From positions 304,987,146 through 305,051,145 of the forward strand of contig NC_133621.1 in assembly GCF_048593235.1 (NCBI RefSeq): DNA of 64,000 nucleotides, given 5' to 3'. The position numbers and the translations under genes were made by a program. The notes beneath the pieces are model-generated. The model did no database searches, was not told where the DNA came from, and worked only from the letters and a program-made list of their open reading frames with translations. Below are positions 37,853 through 49,492 of the stretch, one piece after another. This DNA is from Sminthopsis crassicaudata (Eukaryota). Within the stretch, counting starts at the first letter, position 1. Every line of letters starts with the position of its first letter.

Positions 37853-39722
37853 AGGGAGACAAAAGCCTTCCCAAAGCAAACTTCAGAATTGTGGAGCTTG
37901 GCTGTGTTCCCATTTCCCATCATCCTCTCTTAGCAACTGGTCCGAGGAGGAACAGAAAAGAAAGAATTGGATAGCTTTAAAGCCAGTGAAGAAACAAAAG
38001 GAAAGCAGCAGTAAAGTGGATGGGGTTGTATATGCTCTCCCACCATGACCCTACTTGGCTCTCCTGGTTTATTAGTCTTGTTCCCGGCAAGTGCACAAAA
38101 CAGCAACTGTCAGTCTCTCCTCCTCAGTCTTTAGCCCTGTTCTGCCTCTGCTCTAGGTCCATGATCAGTCTCACAGACAGTGGCCAGCTCTCATTGTTTG
38201 TCCTTTGTGAACCATGACATCAGGGGAGTGATGCTATGACATGCAAGTGACTTGGATTTCAGTGAGGGAGAGGTGTGCAAGGTCACCTGCCTCACTTTCC
38301 CCTGCAGAGCCATCTGGGGTTCAATGGTCAGAGATAGATCAGGATGACTGGAGATGTCTCCTTGGCCTTTTAAAGAAAGATCTACAACACAGTGCTCAAA
38401 CACCCAAGTCAAGGCTCTTTCTCCCTTTCCCAGAGCCAATTTTCCCAGTCCCAAAGGATTCTGGTTGGAAATTGCTAAGGAGCCACTAATACCCTTGATT
38501 CCTTTTCAAGGCCATTTCTGGAGGCTCCTGGAAGCCGGGTAATATTCCATTCAGCCCTATTAAATTGCAACACATTAGATTCAGCCTTGTGCTCTCATCT
38601 AGCAAGCTTTTTTGAGCTTCACCCGGCCTGGACACGGAAAGGATTGACAGATTGATAGTTCTTTCTCGATTCAACCATTCAATGAGTTACAAATCTTTCA
38701 CATTGTTCTATTGTCTCAGAGGTGTTGAATTCATGATTGCAAGTGGACTGCAAAATTTTCCTAGTTCTGGTTAAAAAAAAAAAAACAGATTAAAAGATAA
38801 TCGGGAAATGTTTAACAAAACAAAAACAATACAACAAAAATAATTCTCCTTTAGAATTTCCTACGCCAAAATGCAGCTTACTGTTCCTGAGCCCCTATCT
38901 CCTCAACTTTTCTATAGGAATAGTATGAGATACTCAATGTAAGGGGAGAAAAACTGCATTTATTAAGCACCTACTGTGTGCAAGGTGTTGTGCTAGTAAA
39001 CACTTCACAAATATCTCTATTGATTGGCTCCGATTTGAACTCAGGTCTTCCTGACTTCACCATTAGCACCCTAGCCACTATACCCACCTCAGCCAATGCT
39101 GGATGACAAATCTGAGGAAACTATATCTAGAGGTGTCCATCTACCACGCTGGCAATTCTATCCAAAAAAACGAAAAGGAAAAAAAGTGAATGCCTGGGTC
39201 TTTACAAAGCCATGCTAACTCTTGTTTATGACCTTTTCTTTTTCTAGAGAGTCATTAATCATCTCTTTAACAATCTTTTCCAGGAAATCAAGGCAACCTC
39301 CCTGAATTCTAGCATTCAGCCTCTTAGAAATGGGCATTTGCCAGACATTTTGCCCTTCTCCAGTCAGGCTGTACTCCTGTTCCCATTGATTTTTCACATA
39401 TCATTTAGATATGACTTAGAGCTCAACAGCCATGTTACTATTTCTTGAAGATGTCATTCATCTGGACCAGTAATTCTCAGTTCCCTAACCATCTTCTTTC
39501 CTGCCTTGGCCATCCCTGCCCTACCAACCAATTTTATTCTTATACCATTCTTTGGCCAAGAAAATAATCCAAGGTAGAAATGGGAGTTCTCCTTTCTTTG
39601 CACTGACAGTTATTGTTGTCTTAGCCATGACCCTCCTCTCTTCCCAGTATTAATGTTTGCTGTTTTTTTTGGTTGTCCTTAGCTTCCCCCTTAAGTCTCC
39701 AATTACTTCTCACACCATTCTT

Positions 39723-39909
39723 TTTTTTATTATTAATTTTATAATTATAAATTTTTGACAGTACATATGCATGAGTAATTTTTTTATAACATTATCCCTT
39801 GTATTAATTTTCCCAAATTATCCCCTCCCTCCCTCTACTCCCTCCCCTAGATGACAGGCAATCCCATATATTTTACATGTGTTACAGTATAACCTAGATA
39901 CAATATATG
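39723..39909 (-). mobile_element. 5'-truncated L1 3' end (187 bp)
   Basis: 16-bp TSD ttctcacaccattctt at 39707-39722 and 39910-39925. Confidence 0.88.
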
Positions 39910-39959
39910 TTCTCACACCATTCTTACAGGAGAGGAGAGGAAAAGAAGATAGAGAACTG

Positions 39960-41060
39960 ATAGAATACCAAGTATCCTATCTGAAACTAGACATCAGGTT
40001 TCATCATTTCTCTGGAATTGTGATGTTATTTTGATTAGAGTTCCTAAGTCTTTCAAAGTTAATTATCTTTACAATATGTTTGTCATTATATAAATTGTTC
40101 TCCTGATTCAGTTCATTTCACTTTGCATTGGTTTATATGTCTTCCCGGTTTTTCTAAAATTCATCCCTTCAACATTTCTTATAGAACAATAGTATTTCAT
40201 CCCATGTGCTTGTTAAGGTACTTCCTAAGTGATGGCCACTCCCTCAATTTCCACTTGGACACTTTTCCAACTCTTTTTAATGCTATAAATATTTTTGTAC
40301 ATATAGGTCCCTTTTCCTATTTGATTTAATAAGGGTATCACTGAATCAAAGGATATATATAGTTTAATAGATTTTGGAACAAGTTCCAAATTACTTTCCA
40401 GAATTATTTTCTGGATTAGTTCACAGGTCCACCCACAGTACACTAATATAAATTTTCCCCCCATATCCTCTCCAACATCTTACATTTCTGCCAATTTTGC
40501 CAATTTGAAGAATATAAAATCGGTATCTCCGAGATGGTTTCATTTGCACTTCTATGTTTATTAATGGTTTAGAGCAGTTTTTTTTTTTCACATGGCTAAT
40601 AATAGCTTTGTTTTTTCTTCTGAAAACTTCTATTCATATTCTATTCATAATGATTTGTTAATTGGGAAATGGGACTTATTCTTACACATTTGACTCAGTT
40701 TCCTACATATCTTAGAAATGAAATCTTTATCAGAGAAACTTTTTTGTTAGGACTCCCCCCCCCCAATTTCTTGCTTCTTTTTCTACTTTTAATTGTATTT
40801 GCTTTGTACAAAATCTTTTTCATTTTATGTAATCAAAATTGTCTATTTTGCCATCTATGAGCTTCTTATTTGGTCATGAACTCTTTCTCTATCATACATA
40901 TAGATCTGACAGGGTAATTTCTTCTTCTAATTTGCTAATTTATGTCTAAATCCTGTACCCATTTGGGGCTTATCTTGGTATATGTTGCAAGAAACTAGTT
41001 TCTATCAGGCTAATTTTCAGTTTTCTTAGCAGTGTTGGCCATAAAATGAGTTCTTACTCC
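39960..41060 (-). mobile_element. Old degraded L1 fragment
   Basis: tgctataaatatttttgtacatataggtccc...atcactgaatcaaagg L1 ORF2-end motifs. Confidence 0.65.
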
Positions 41061-41090
41061 AATAGTTGGGAACTTTGGGTCATATACCTT

Positions 41091-41224
41091 CTTTTTTCTT
41101 TCTTTTTAAGGCAATTAGGATTAAGTAACTTGTTTAGGGTCACACAGCTAATAAGTGTAAAGTGTCAGAGTCATATTTGAACTCAGGTCCAGTGCCCTGT
41201 GCCCTGAGCCATCTATCTGCCCCC
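41091..41224 (-). mobile_element. Degenerate WSINE/CORE SINE
   Basis: gtcacacagctaataagtgt...tttgaactcagg...ctgccccc. Confidence 0.65.
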
Positions 41225-42199
41225 ATATATCTTTTTAATTCCCCCTCACTTCTCTTTTCTCTCTTTTGAATAATGAGTACCCATCTAAGGCTGTATTCCA
41301 GGCAAGGGTTTTTTTTTTGGTTTTGTTTTTTTTTTTTAGTCTTAAAATTGCTTCCTTCCATTAATAACATCATTTGCTTCTGTTGGTCATCTGAACTTTG
41401 AACATTTCTATGTATAGACATTTTAATAAACCTTTATTCAATTTAATTAGTTTAAGTGTCTACCATATACAAGCTATTGTACTAAATATTAAGGATACAA
41501 AGATAATAAATGCAAGCATAAATAAATGGGAAGAATAAATGCAGCATAAATATGAGTTTGAGGTAGCTTAACACGTAAAAAACATGTCTCAAAGTCCTTT
41601 AAGTTTTACAAAAAATTTTCCTTACCCCAATCTTGTGAAGTTGGGTAGTGATAGTAGCGGTATGCCCAAATTACAGACAGGAAAACTGAGGCTCCAAGAA
41701 GTTCTATGATATTGTTTGAGGATTCCAACTGAAATAAATGGATCCCGAACTCACCACTCTAGCCACTCCCACCCAAATAGGAAACACCCAATGGGATGCT
41801 CTTTCTTAAGATCCTACTTCTTGAACAGGAAGCACCTCAAAGTTCACTCACCTGATTCACCTTTTCTTCTTTTATAAAGAAGGAAACAGCAATTTGCTGA
41901 GGATCACACTTGTGTTAAATAATAGATAACAAGACTTGAACTCAGGCTTTTTGATTCCAAAGCCAACAAGCTTCCTACAATGCTCAGCTGCCCCCACTTC
42001 CAGCATCCACTGGATATGTGCAATTAGATCATCAATCAATTAGAACAAAGGTCAGAGCAAATACTGAATTAGAAAAAAAGACAAAACTGAAGTAAAACTA
42101 AAAAGTAATATAGTGTTGCTGTTTCAATATCACTCAACCTGTTTGTTTTTTAACAAACTGTCAACCCTAAAAAGGGGGGAGGGGGGGGAAAAGGACTTT

Positions 42200-42960
42200 T
42201 TTCTTTTTATTAAAGTTTTTATTTACAAAACATTTGCATGGGTAATTTTTCAACATTGACCCTTGCAAAGTCTTTTGTTCCAAGTTATTCCCTCCTTCTC
42301 TCCATCCCCTCCCCTAGGTGGCAGGTAATCCAATATATGTTAAATATGTTAAAATATATGTTATATCCAATATATTTATACATATTTATACAGTTATATT
42401 GCTGCACAAGAAAATTGGATCAAGAAGGAAAAAAAACTGGGAAAGAAAACACAATGCAAGCAAACAACAACAGAGAGGGTGAGAATGCTATTTTGTGGTC
42501 CATGCTCAGTTTCCACGGCCCTCTCTCTGGGTGTATATGGCTTTCTTCAACACTCGAACAATTGGAACCAGTTTGAATCATCTCATTGTTGAGAAGAGCC
42601 ATGTCCATCAGAATTGATCATCACATAATCTTCTTGTTGCCATGTACAATGTCCTGCTCATTTCACTCAGCATCAGTTCATGTAAGTTTCTCCAAGCCTC
42701 TCTGTATTCATCCTGCTATCGTTTCTTACAGAACAATAATAATATTCCATAATATTCATATACCACAATTTATTCAGCCAATCTCTAATTGATGGACATC
42801 CTCGTAATTTCCAGTTTCTGGCCACCACAAAGAGAGCTGCCACAAACATTTTTGCACATGTGGGTCCCTTTCCCTTCTTTAAGATCTCTTTGGGATACAA
42901 ACCCAGTAGAAACACTGCTGGGTCAAAGGGGATGCACAGTTGGATAACTTTTTGAACATA
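42200..42960 (-). mobile_element. L1 3' end with ORF2 C-terminus
   Basis: ORF 42673-42915: FLLGLYPKEILKKGKGPTCAKMFVAALFVVARNWKLRGCPSI. Confidence 0.88.
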
Positions 42961-44822
42961 GTGATTTTTTTCCTTAGAAAAGTTTTGAACAGTACAAAAA
43001 ATTTAAACCCCTATTTTACCAGAATCCCTCCCCAATCCCTCTTAATTCTAGTGCCTCCCCTCTGTTATTTATATATTTAATCTGCATATAGCTGCCTTCT
43101 ATGTATTATATAGTCATTGTGTACAATATCAGCAACACTGCAACAACAATCCCTTGGTAAAGATTTAGCTACCCAGATTAATACACAATTCATAAGTCTC
43201 ATGTGGAACAGTGCTATTCATCTCCAGAGAGTGAACTGTTGAACTTAAGGCAGATTGAAAAAGATAATTTTCTTTATTTGTTTTCTTTTCCACACCAGGA
43301 CTAATTGGAGAAATGTTTCCAATGACTTCTTATGTATAATGGGTATTGTTTTCTTGCCTTTTCAGTGTGGGAAGGGGGGGGGAGAAAGAAAGAAAATTTA
43401 GAACTGAAAATTTTTAAAAAATTAATGAAAAATAATTGTAAATTACTAAGGACAGGAATTGCTCTTTAGCCCTTTTTTTGTATCTCTATTGCTTATATCA
43501 TAGTGTCTGGTACACAGCTGGCACTTAATAAATGTTTATTGATTATTAACAGTTAAAGGATACTAAATAAACCTAAAAATGCTTTGGCAAACAAATAGCC
43601 AAGTACACTGTTTAGAGTACAAGTTCATGTGCAAAACATTGTGTAAGAGAATGACAGAGTATAAACAAAATCACCTCAGAAAACACCCCAAAACAAAGGA
43701 ACAAACAAACCCATCCACAGAAAGCAGTGCAACAAAAACCAAATCCCCAAAGAGTCTCACGTAAGCTTGGGCTTGGCCAGGCCATCCAAAAGGATTCACT
43801 CTTCTCTTGCTGCTAGAATGAATGACCTTTGGGGTAGATCTAGTCAGTAACCGTCCAGTTAAGTGACTGAGGAAGTGAGACACTGAGTCGATCATTAAGT
43901 TAAACTAAGCACGGGGTTTATTGATCATTTACAGACTATGAGAACATACTCACCCAAAAAGGATATAAGCTCCCAGAACCTCCCTGTCAGCCCTGAAGCA
44001 GAGAAATGCAGCCAGACCAGAGTACCCAACAATAGACTAACTCTAGATGGCCCCAGATGCTAGAGGGATTGTAAACCAAAGGGGCCCCGTACCCCAATCT
44101 AATCACCAAGGAATACACCAGCCCTGATTCAGATAAGGCAAAACACCCTTTTGAGGGATGATTCTTTTCTTAGATAGCATTCTGTATCATCTGTGATCCT
44201 TTGAGCCTATAATCCATTACATAATTTAATAATATTATGTTATATTATTAATAAACTAATATGATATAATAATAAATCCAATAATATAAATATCTTAGTC
44301 ACTCAAGCTACTTCTGTCAGTAGGTCTCTTCCTGCTCCTCTGAGACTCATCATCCCTTCCAGCATCAGCGGGTCATATCAGCTTTGGAGCCTTCAAGGGT
44401 TCTCTATTGCCTTATGAGAAAAACTCAAGCTCCTCTTCCTCCTCTGCTTTCTAGCTCCGTAATATTTCTTTCCACACAATCTGATCCCAAAGAGCTCACT
44501 CTGCTTCTGAATCTTTGCTCAAGGTGTCCTTATGTCCAGAACTTCCCCTGTTGAATTCCAAGCCTTCCTTTAAACTCTCAAATCCCACCACCTCCGGGAA
44601 GCCCCCTTTGGTGCCTTTCTGGTTTGTAATGATGCTGAAACTTCAGACAAACATCCCTTTGCACTCCATGGATAGTCTTTATCTTGGGCTTTTTAGTCCT
44701 CTGGATTTGTGCCTCATTCTGTGAATTCCAGGCAGGGATGGTATTATACTAGGTAAATTGCTTCTCCCCGAACAGCCAGCCTGGTCTCTCCTAGAACCTC
44801 CAATTGTTAAGTTTTCAGTGTG

Positions 44823-45390
44823 TGGAATATTATTGTTCTGTAAGAAATGACCAACAGGAGGAATACAGAGAGGCTTGGAGAGACTTACAGGAACTGATGC
44901 TGAGTGAAATGAGTAGAACCAGGAGATCATTGTACACTTCAACAATGATACTGTATGAGGATGTATTGTGATGGAAGTGGGTATCTTCAACATAGAGAAG
45001 AGCTAATCCAATTCCAATTGATCAATGATGGACAGAATCAACTACACCCAGAAAAGGAACACTGGGAAATGAGTATAAACTGTGAGCACTGTTTTGTTTT
45101 TGTTTTTCTTCCCAGATTATTTTTACCTTCTGAATACAATTCTTCCTTTGCAACAACAACAACAACAAAATTCGGTTCTGCACATATATATTGTACCTAG
45201 AATATACTATAAGATATTTAATATGTATGGGAATGCCTGCCATCTAGGGGAGGGGGTGGAGGGAAGGAGGGGAGAAACTTGGAACAGAAGGGAGTACAAG
45301 GGATAATGTTGTAAAAAAAAATTACCTATGAATATGTACTGTCAAAGAAAATGTTATAATTATAAAAATTAATAAAAAAATTAAAAAAAA
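44823..45390 (+). mobile_element. Young 5'-truncated L1 (568 bp) with poly(A)
   Basis: 14-bp TSD aagttttcagtgtg at 44809-44822 and 45391-45404. Confidence 0.9.
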
Positions 45391-45497
45391 AAGTTTTCAG
45401 TGTGAACACTTACATCTGAGAATCAACAAAGGTTACAAATGAAGGCTTGCTTCATTGTTTTCTTGAACATCTAAAGAAAGTAATTTTAAAAATGTCA

Positions 45498-45605
45498 ACG
45501 GAACAGAAGGGAGTACAAGGGATAATGTAAAAAATTACCTATGCATATGTATTGTCAAAAAAAGTTATAATTATAAAATTAATTTTAAAAATCTATAGGA
45601 AGAAA
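45498..45605 (+). mobile_element. Very short L1 3' tip
   Basis: Same 3' terminus as the copy at 45290-45390; TSD aaaaatgtca at 45488-45497 and 45606-45615. Confidence 0.75.
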
Positions 45606-45639
45606 AAAAATGTCAGAAAGTCACAGGAACCTTGAAAGT

Positions 45640-48600
45640 GTGATATGGTTTATAGCAGCTCTCTTTGTGGTGGCAAAGAATCAGAAATTGAGGAGCTATC
45701 CATCAAATGGGGATGGCTGAACAAATTGTGGTATATGATTGTGAGGGAATATCATTGTGCTTTAAGAAATGATGAGCAGGATGCTTTCAGCAAAACCTAG
45801 AACTGATGCAACGTGAAGGGAACAGACCCAAGAGAACAGCAATGTTGTACCTACTATATGACTGTGTGAATGACCTAGCTATTCTCAATGATCCAAGATC
45901 ATTCAGAAGGACTTATGAGAAAAATGCAATCCACTTCCAGAGAGAACTGATGGAGTAAAACTTTCTTTTTCTTCCTTTTTTTTTTTTTTTTTTGATCTGT
46001 GTTCTCTTTTGTAACATGGCTTATACAGAAATATGCTTTGTATGACTGCATATGTATATAACATATCAAATTGTTTGACTTCTCAAAGAGGGGGAGGAGA
46101 GGAAGAAAAGGAATTTAAAAGTCAAAAACTATTTTTAAAATGAACTTTAAAATTGATTTTACATGTAATTGAAAAAATAAATAAAAAATATCCTTTTTTT
46201 GTTCACCACTGGTATTTTATTTTATTTTTATTATAGCTCTTTATATACAAAATATGCATGGATAATTTTTCAACATCGACCCTTGCAAAAACTTCTGTTT
46301 CAACTTTTCCCCTCCTTTCCTCTACTTCCTCCCCTAGATGACAGGTAGTCCCATACATAAACACATCCTTTAAAAAAAAAAAAAGGTGTGATATGTGGGG
46401 CAGCTAGATGGTGAAGTGGATAGAGCATTAGCCCTAGTCAGAAGGATCTGAGTTCAAATCCAGCCTCAGAAATGTTTAGTAGCTGTGTGACCCTAGGCAA
46501 GTCGTCACTTAACCCCAAATGTCTCATTTCTCCAAAAAGTATCATATGAGGACTTTTTTTCTTAGAGAAAGAACATTTTTTTTCCCTGTTGGTTGTTAAA
46601 AATTTACCAGCAGAGCTTTGTAACTATGCCCTAGAGCTATAAAATTGTACATACCTTTGATCCAGAAGTGTCATTACTGGGTCCATATCTTAAAGGAATC
46701 ATAAAAGAGGGGAAAGGATCCACATGTGGAAAAAATGTTTGTAGCAGCTCTTTTTTTAAATAATAGCTTTCTCTTTGTCAAAATACATGCAAAGAGAGTT
46801 TTTAATATTCACCCTTGCAAAAACTTGTGTTCCAAGTTTTTCTCCCTCCCTCCCCATCTCCCCTTTAGACAGAAAGTAATTCGATATAGGTTAAACATGT
46901 GCAACTCTTCTAAACACATTTACCATTCTGTAGCAGCCATTTCTGTCATGGCAAGGAACTGGAAAGTGAATGAATGAACCCTTTGGGGAATGACTGAACA
47001 AATTATGGTATATGAAGGTAATGGAATAATATTATTTTTCTATAAGAAATGATGAGCAGGATGATTTCTTTTTCTTTTTTTTTAATTTTATTTTGTTTTT
47101 TATTAATTTTTATAATTATAACATTTTCTTTGGCAGTACATATGCATAGGCATTTTTTTTTTTTACATTATCCCTTGTATTCCCTTCTGTTCCGAGTTTT
47201 TCCCCTCCTTCCCTCCACCCCCTCCCCTAAATGGCAGGCATTCCCATACATATTAAATATCTTATAGTATATGCTAGGTACAATATATATGTGCAGAACC
47301 GAATTGTTGTTGTTGCAAAGGAAGAATTGTATTCGCAAGGTAAAAATAATCTGGGAAGAAAAACAAAAACAAAACAAAACAAAAACAATGAGCAGGATGA
47401 TTTCAGAAAAATTTGGAAAGATATATAAACAAATGCTGAGTGAAGCGAGCATAACAAGAGAATATTGCACACAACAACAAGATTATGTGATAATCCACAG
47501 ATGGACTTGGCTCTTCTCAGTAATGCAGTAATTCAGAGCAATTCCAATAGACTTGGAATGGGAAAAGGTCATCCTCATCCAGAGAGAGAACTATGGAGAC
47601 TGAGTGTGGATCACAGCAAAGAATTTTCACCTTTTAAAAAAAGTTTGTTTGCTCTGTGCATACCCTTTGATCCAGCAATGTTTCTACTGGGCTTGTATCC
47701 CAGAGATCATAAAAGGGGGAAAAGGGATCCATGTGTGCAAAAATGTTTGTGGCAGCCTTTTCTGTAGTGGCGAGAAACTGGAAACTGAGTGGATGCCCAT
47801 TGGTTGGAGAATGGCTGAATAAATTGTGGCATATGAATGTCATGGAATATTATTGATAAGAAATGACCAGCAGAAGGATTTCAGAAAAGCCTGGAGAGAC
47901 TGACAGGAACTGATGCTGAGTGAAATGAGCAGAACCAGGAGATCATTGTACACAGCAACATCAATATTATTCAATGATCAATTCTGATGGATGTCCTCTT
48001 TCCAACAGCGAGGTGATTCAGGCCAGTTCCAATGATCTTATGATGAAGAGAGTCATATATACCCAGAGAGAGGATTGTGGGAACTGAGTGTGGATCACGA
48101 CATAACATTCTCACTCTTTTTATTGTTCACTTGCATTTGGTTTTTTTACTCATTTTCTTTCCTTTTTGATCTGATTTTTCTTGTGTAACAAGAGAATTGT
48201 ATAAATATGTTTACACAAATTGGATCTAACATATATTTTAACATGTACTATATATATATATACATATATATATATTGGAAGGAAAAGAAAATCTGAAACA
48301 TGCAAGGGTCAATATTGAAAAAATTATCTGTGCATATGTTTTGAAAATAAAAACCTTTAAAAAAAAGTTTGCTTTCTTTTTCTTTCTTGTGGCTTTTTCT
48401 CCTTTTGGTCTGTTTTTTTTTTTTTTCTTGTACAATATGACAAACATGGAAATATGGTTAAAAGAATTGCACATATCTAACCCGTATCAGATTGCTTGCT
48501 GTCTTGAAGAGAAGGGAGGTAAAGAGGGAGGGAGAAAAATTTGGAACACAAAACTTTACAAAAACTATCATTGCATGTATTTTGAAGAAAAAAAAAAAAA

Positions 48601-48700
48601 GCTCTTATCAAATTTTTAAAAATGAATGTTTAAAATTGTCTTTACGAATATTTGGGGAAAATACTATTGAAGAGTTATACATGGATACTTAGTTAATCAT
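45640..48700. mobile_element. Cluster of older L1 fragments (mostly +; a - 3' end at about 46205-46370) with a + WSINE1 at about 46398-46530
   Basis: Repeated ORF2-end motifs (gcagctctctttgtggtggcaaag, ctgatgctgagtgaaatgagcagaaccagg) and SINE head ggggcagctagatggtgaagtggatagagc. Confidence 0.75.
47069..47387 (-). mobile_element. Young 5'-truncated L1 3' UTR nested antisense in an older L1
   Basis: 17-bp TSD atgagcaggatgatttc at 47052-47068 and 47388-47404. Confidence 0.9.
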
Positions 48701-48748
48701 TATTGAATGAATGATTTTTTTTAAGATTGCCTCGTTAGTTACTGTCAA

Positions 48749-48884
48749 NNNNNNNNNNNNNNNNNNNNNNNNNNNNNNNNNNNNNNNNNNNNNNNNNNNN
48801 NNNNNNNNNNNNNNNNNNNNNNNNNNNNNNNNNNNNNNNNNNNNNNNNNNNNNNNNNNNNNNNNNNNNNNNNNNNNNNNNNNNN
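48749..48884. other. Assembly gap (136 N) just upstream of TYMP
   Basis: Run of N. Confidence 0.99.
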
Positions 48885-49492
48885 TGGGCTGGGCTGGTCC
48901 TAGTCCAGCACACACAGTTCATTGTTCAGTCTCTAAGGGAAGTCAGGATAATAAACCAAGATGTCAAAGCAACAATTCCTGCTCAGAGAAACCTTCCGGA
49001 GCTCCGCGCGGAGCAGACACGTTGGAATGTCACCAAGAACTATAGAATTCGCCGGCAAGAGACGAAGCTAGTCAAGCAAGGAGGGCTTCTTGGAGGAAGG
49101 GGGACAGCTGATGTGTCGGAGACCCCGCCCAGTTCTGGGAATTCGGGACTCTTTCCCTCCCCACCCACACTGGGGGCCCCAGGATTGGTCCAGACCAGGG
49201 CACGCCCCCTCTTATCTCCCTGAGACGGGGACCAGAGAGAAAGGGAGGAGAGAGGGGGTTGGCTGAAGAGGGAGGTAGAAAGAGACCAGGGGGAGGGGCC
49301 GAAGCCAGATCCCCAGGGAGAGAGTGTGAGAGGAGCCCAGGAGAGAGGCGGGGGCCGGGACCAGCCAGGACCCATAACTGCGGTTGAGAGGGCAGAGGTA
49401 AGAAGCCCTGAGCGGTCCCGGGAGGGGGCCAAGAAGCACCAGGGCAGAGGGTAGGGCTACACCTCCCGCTTTCCCTCCTAGCAGACCCCAGG

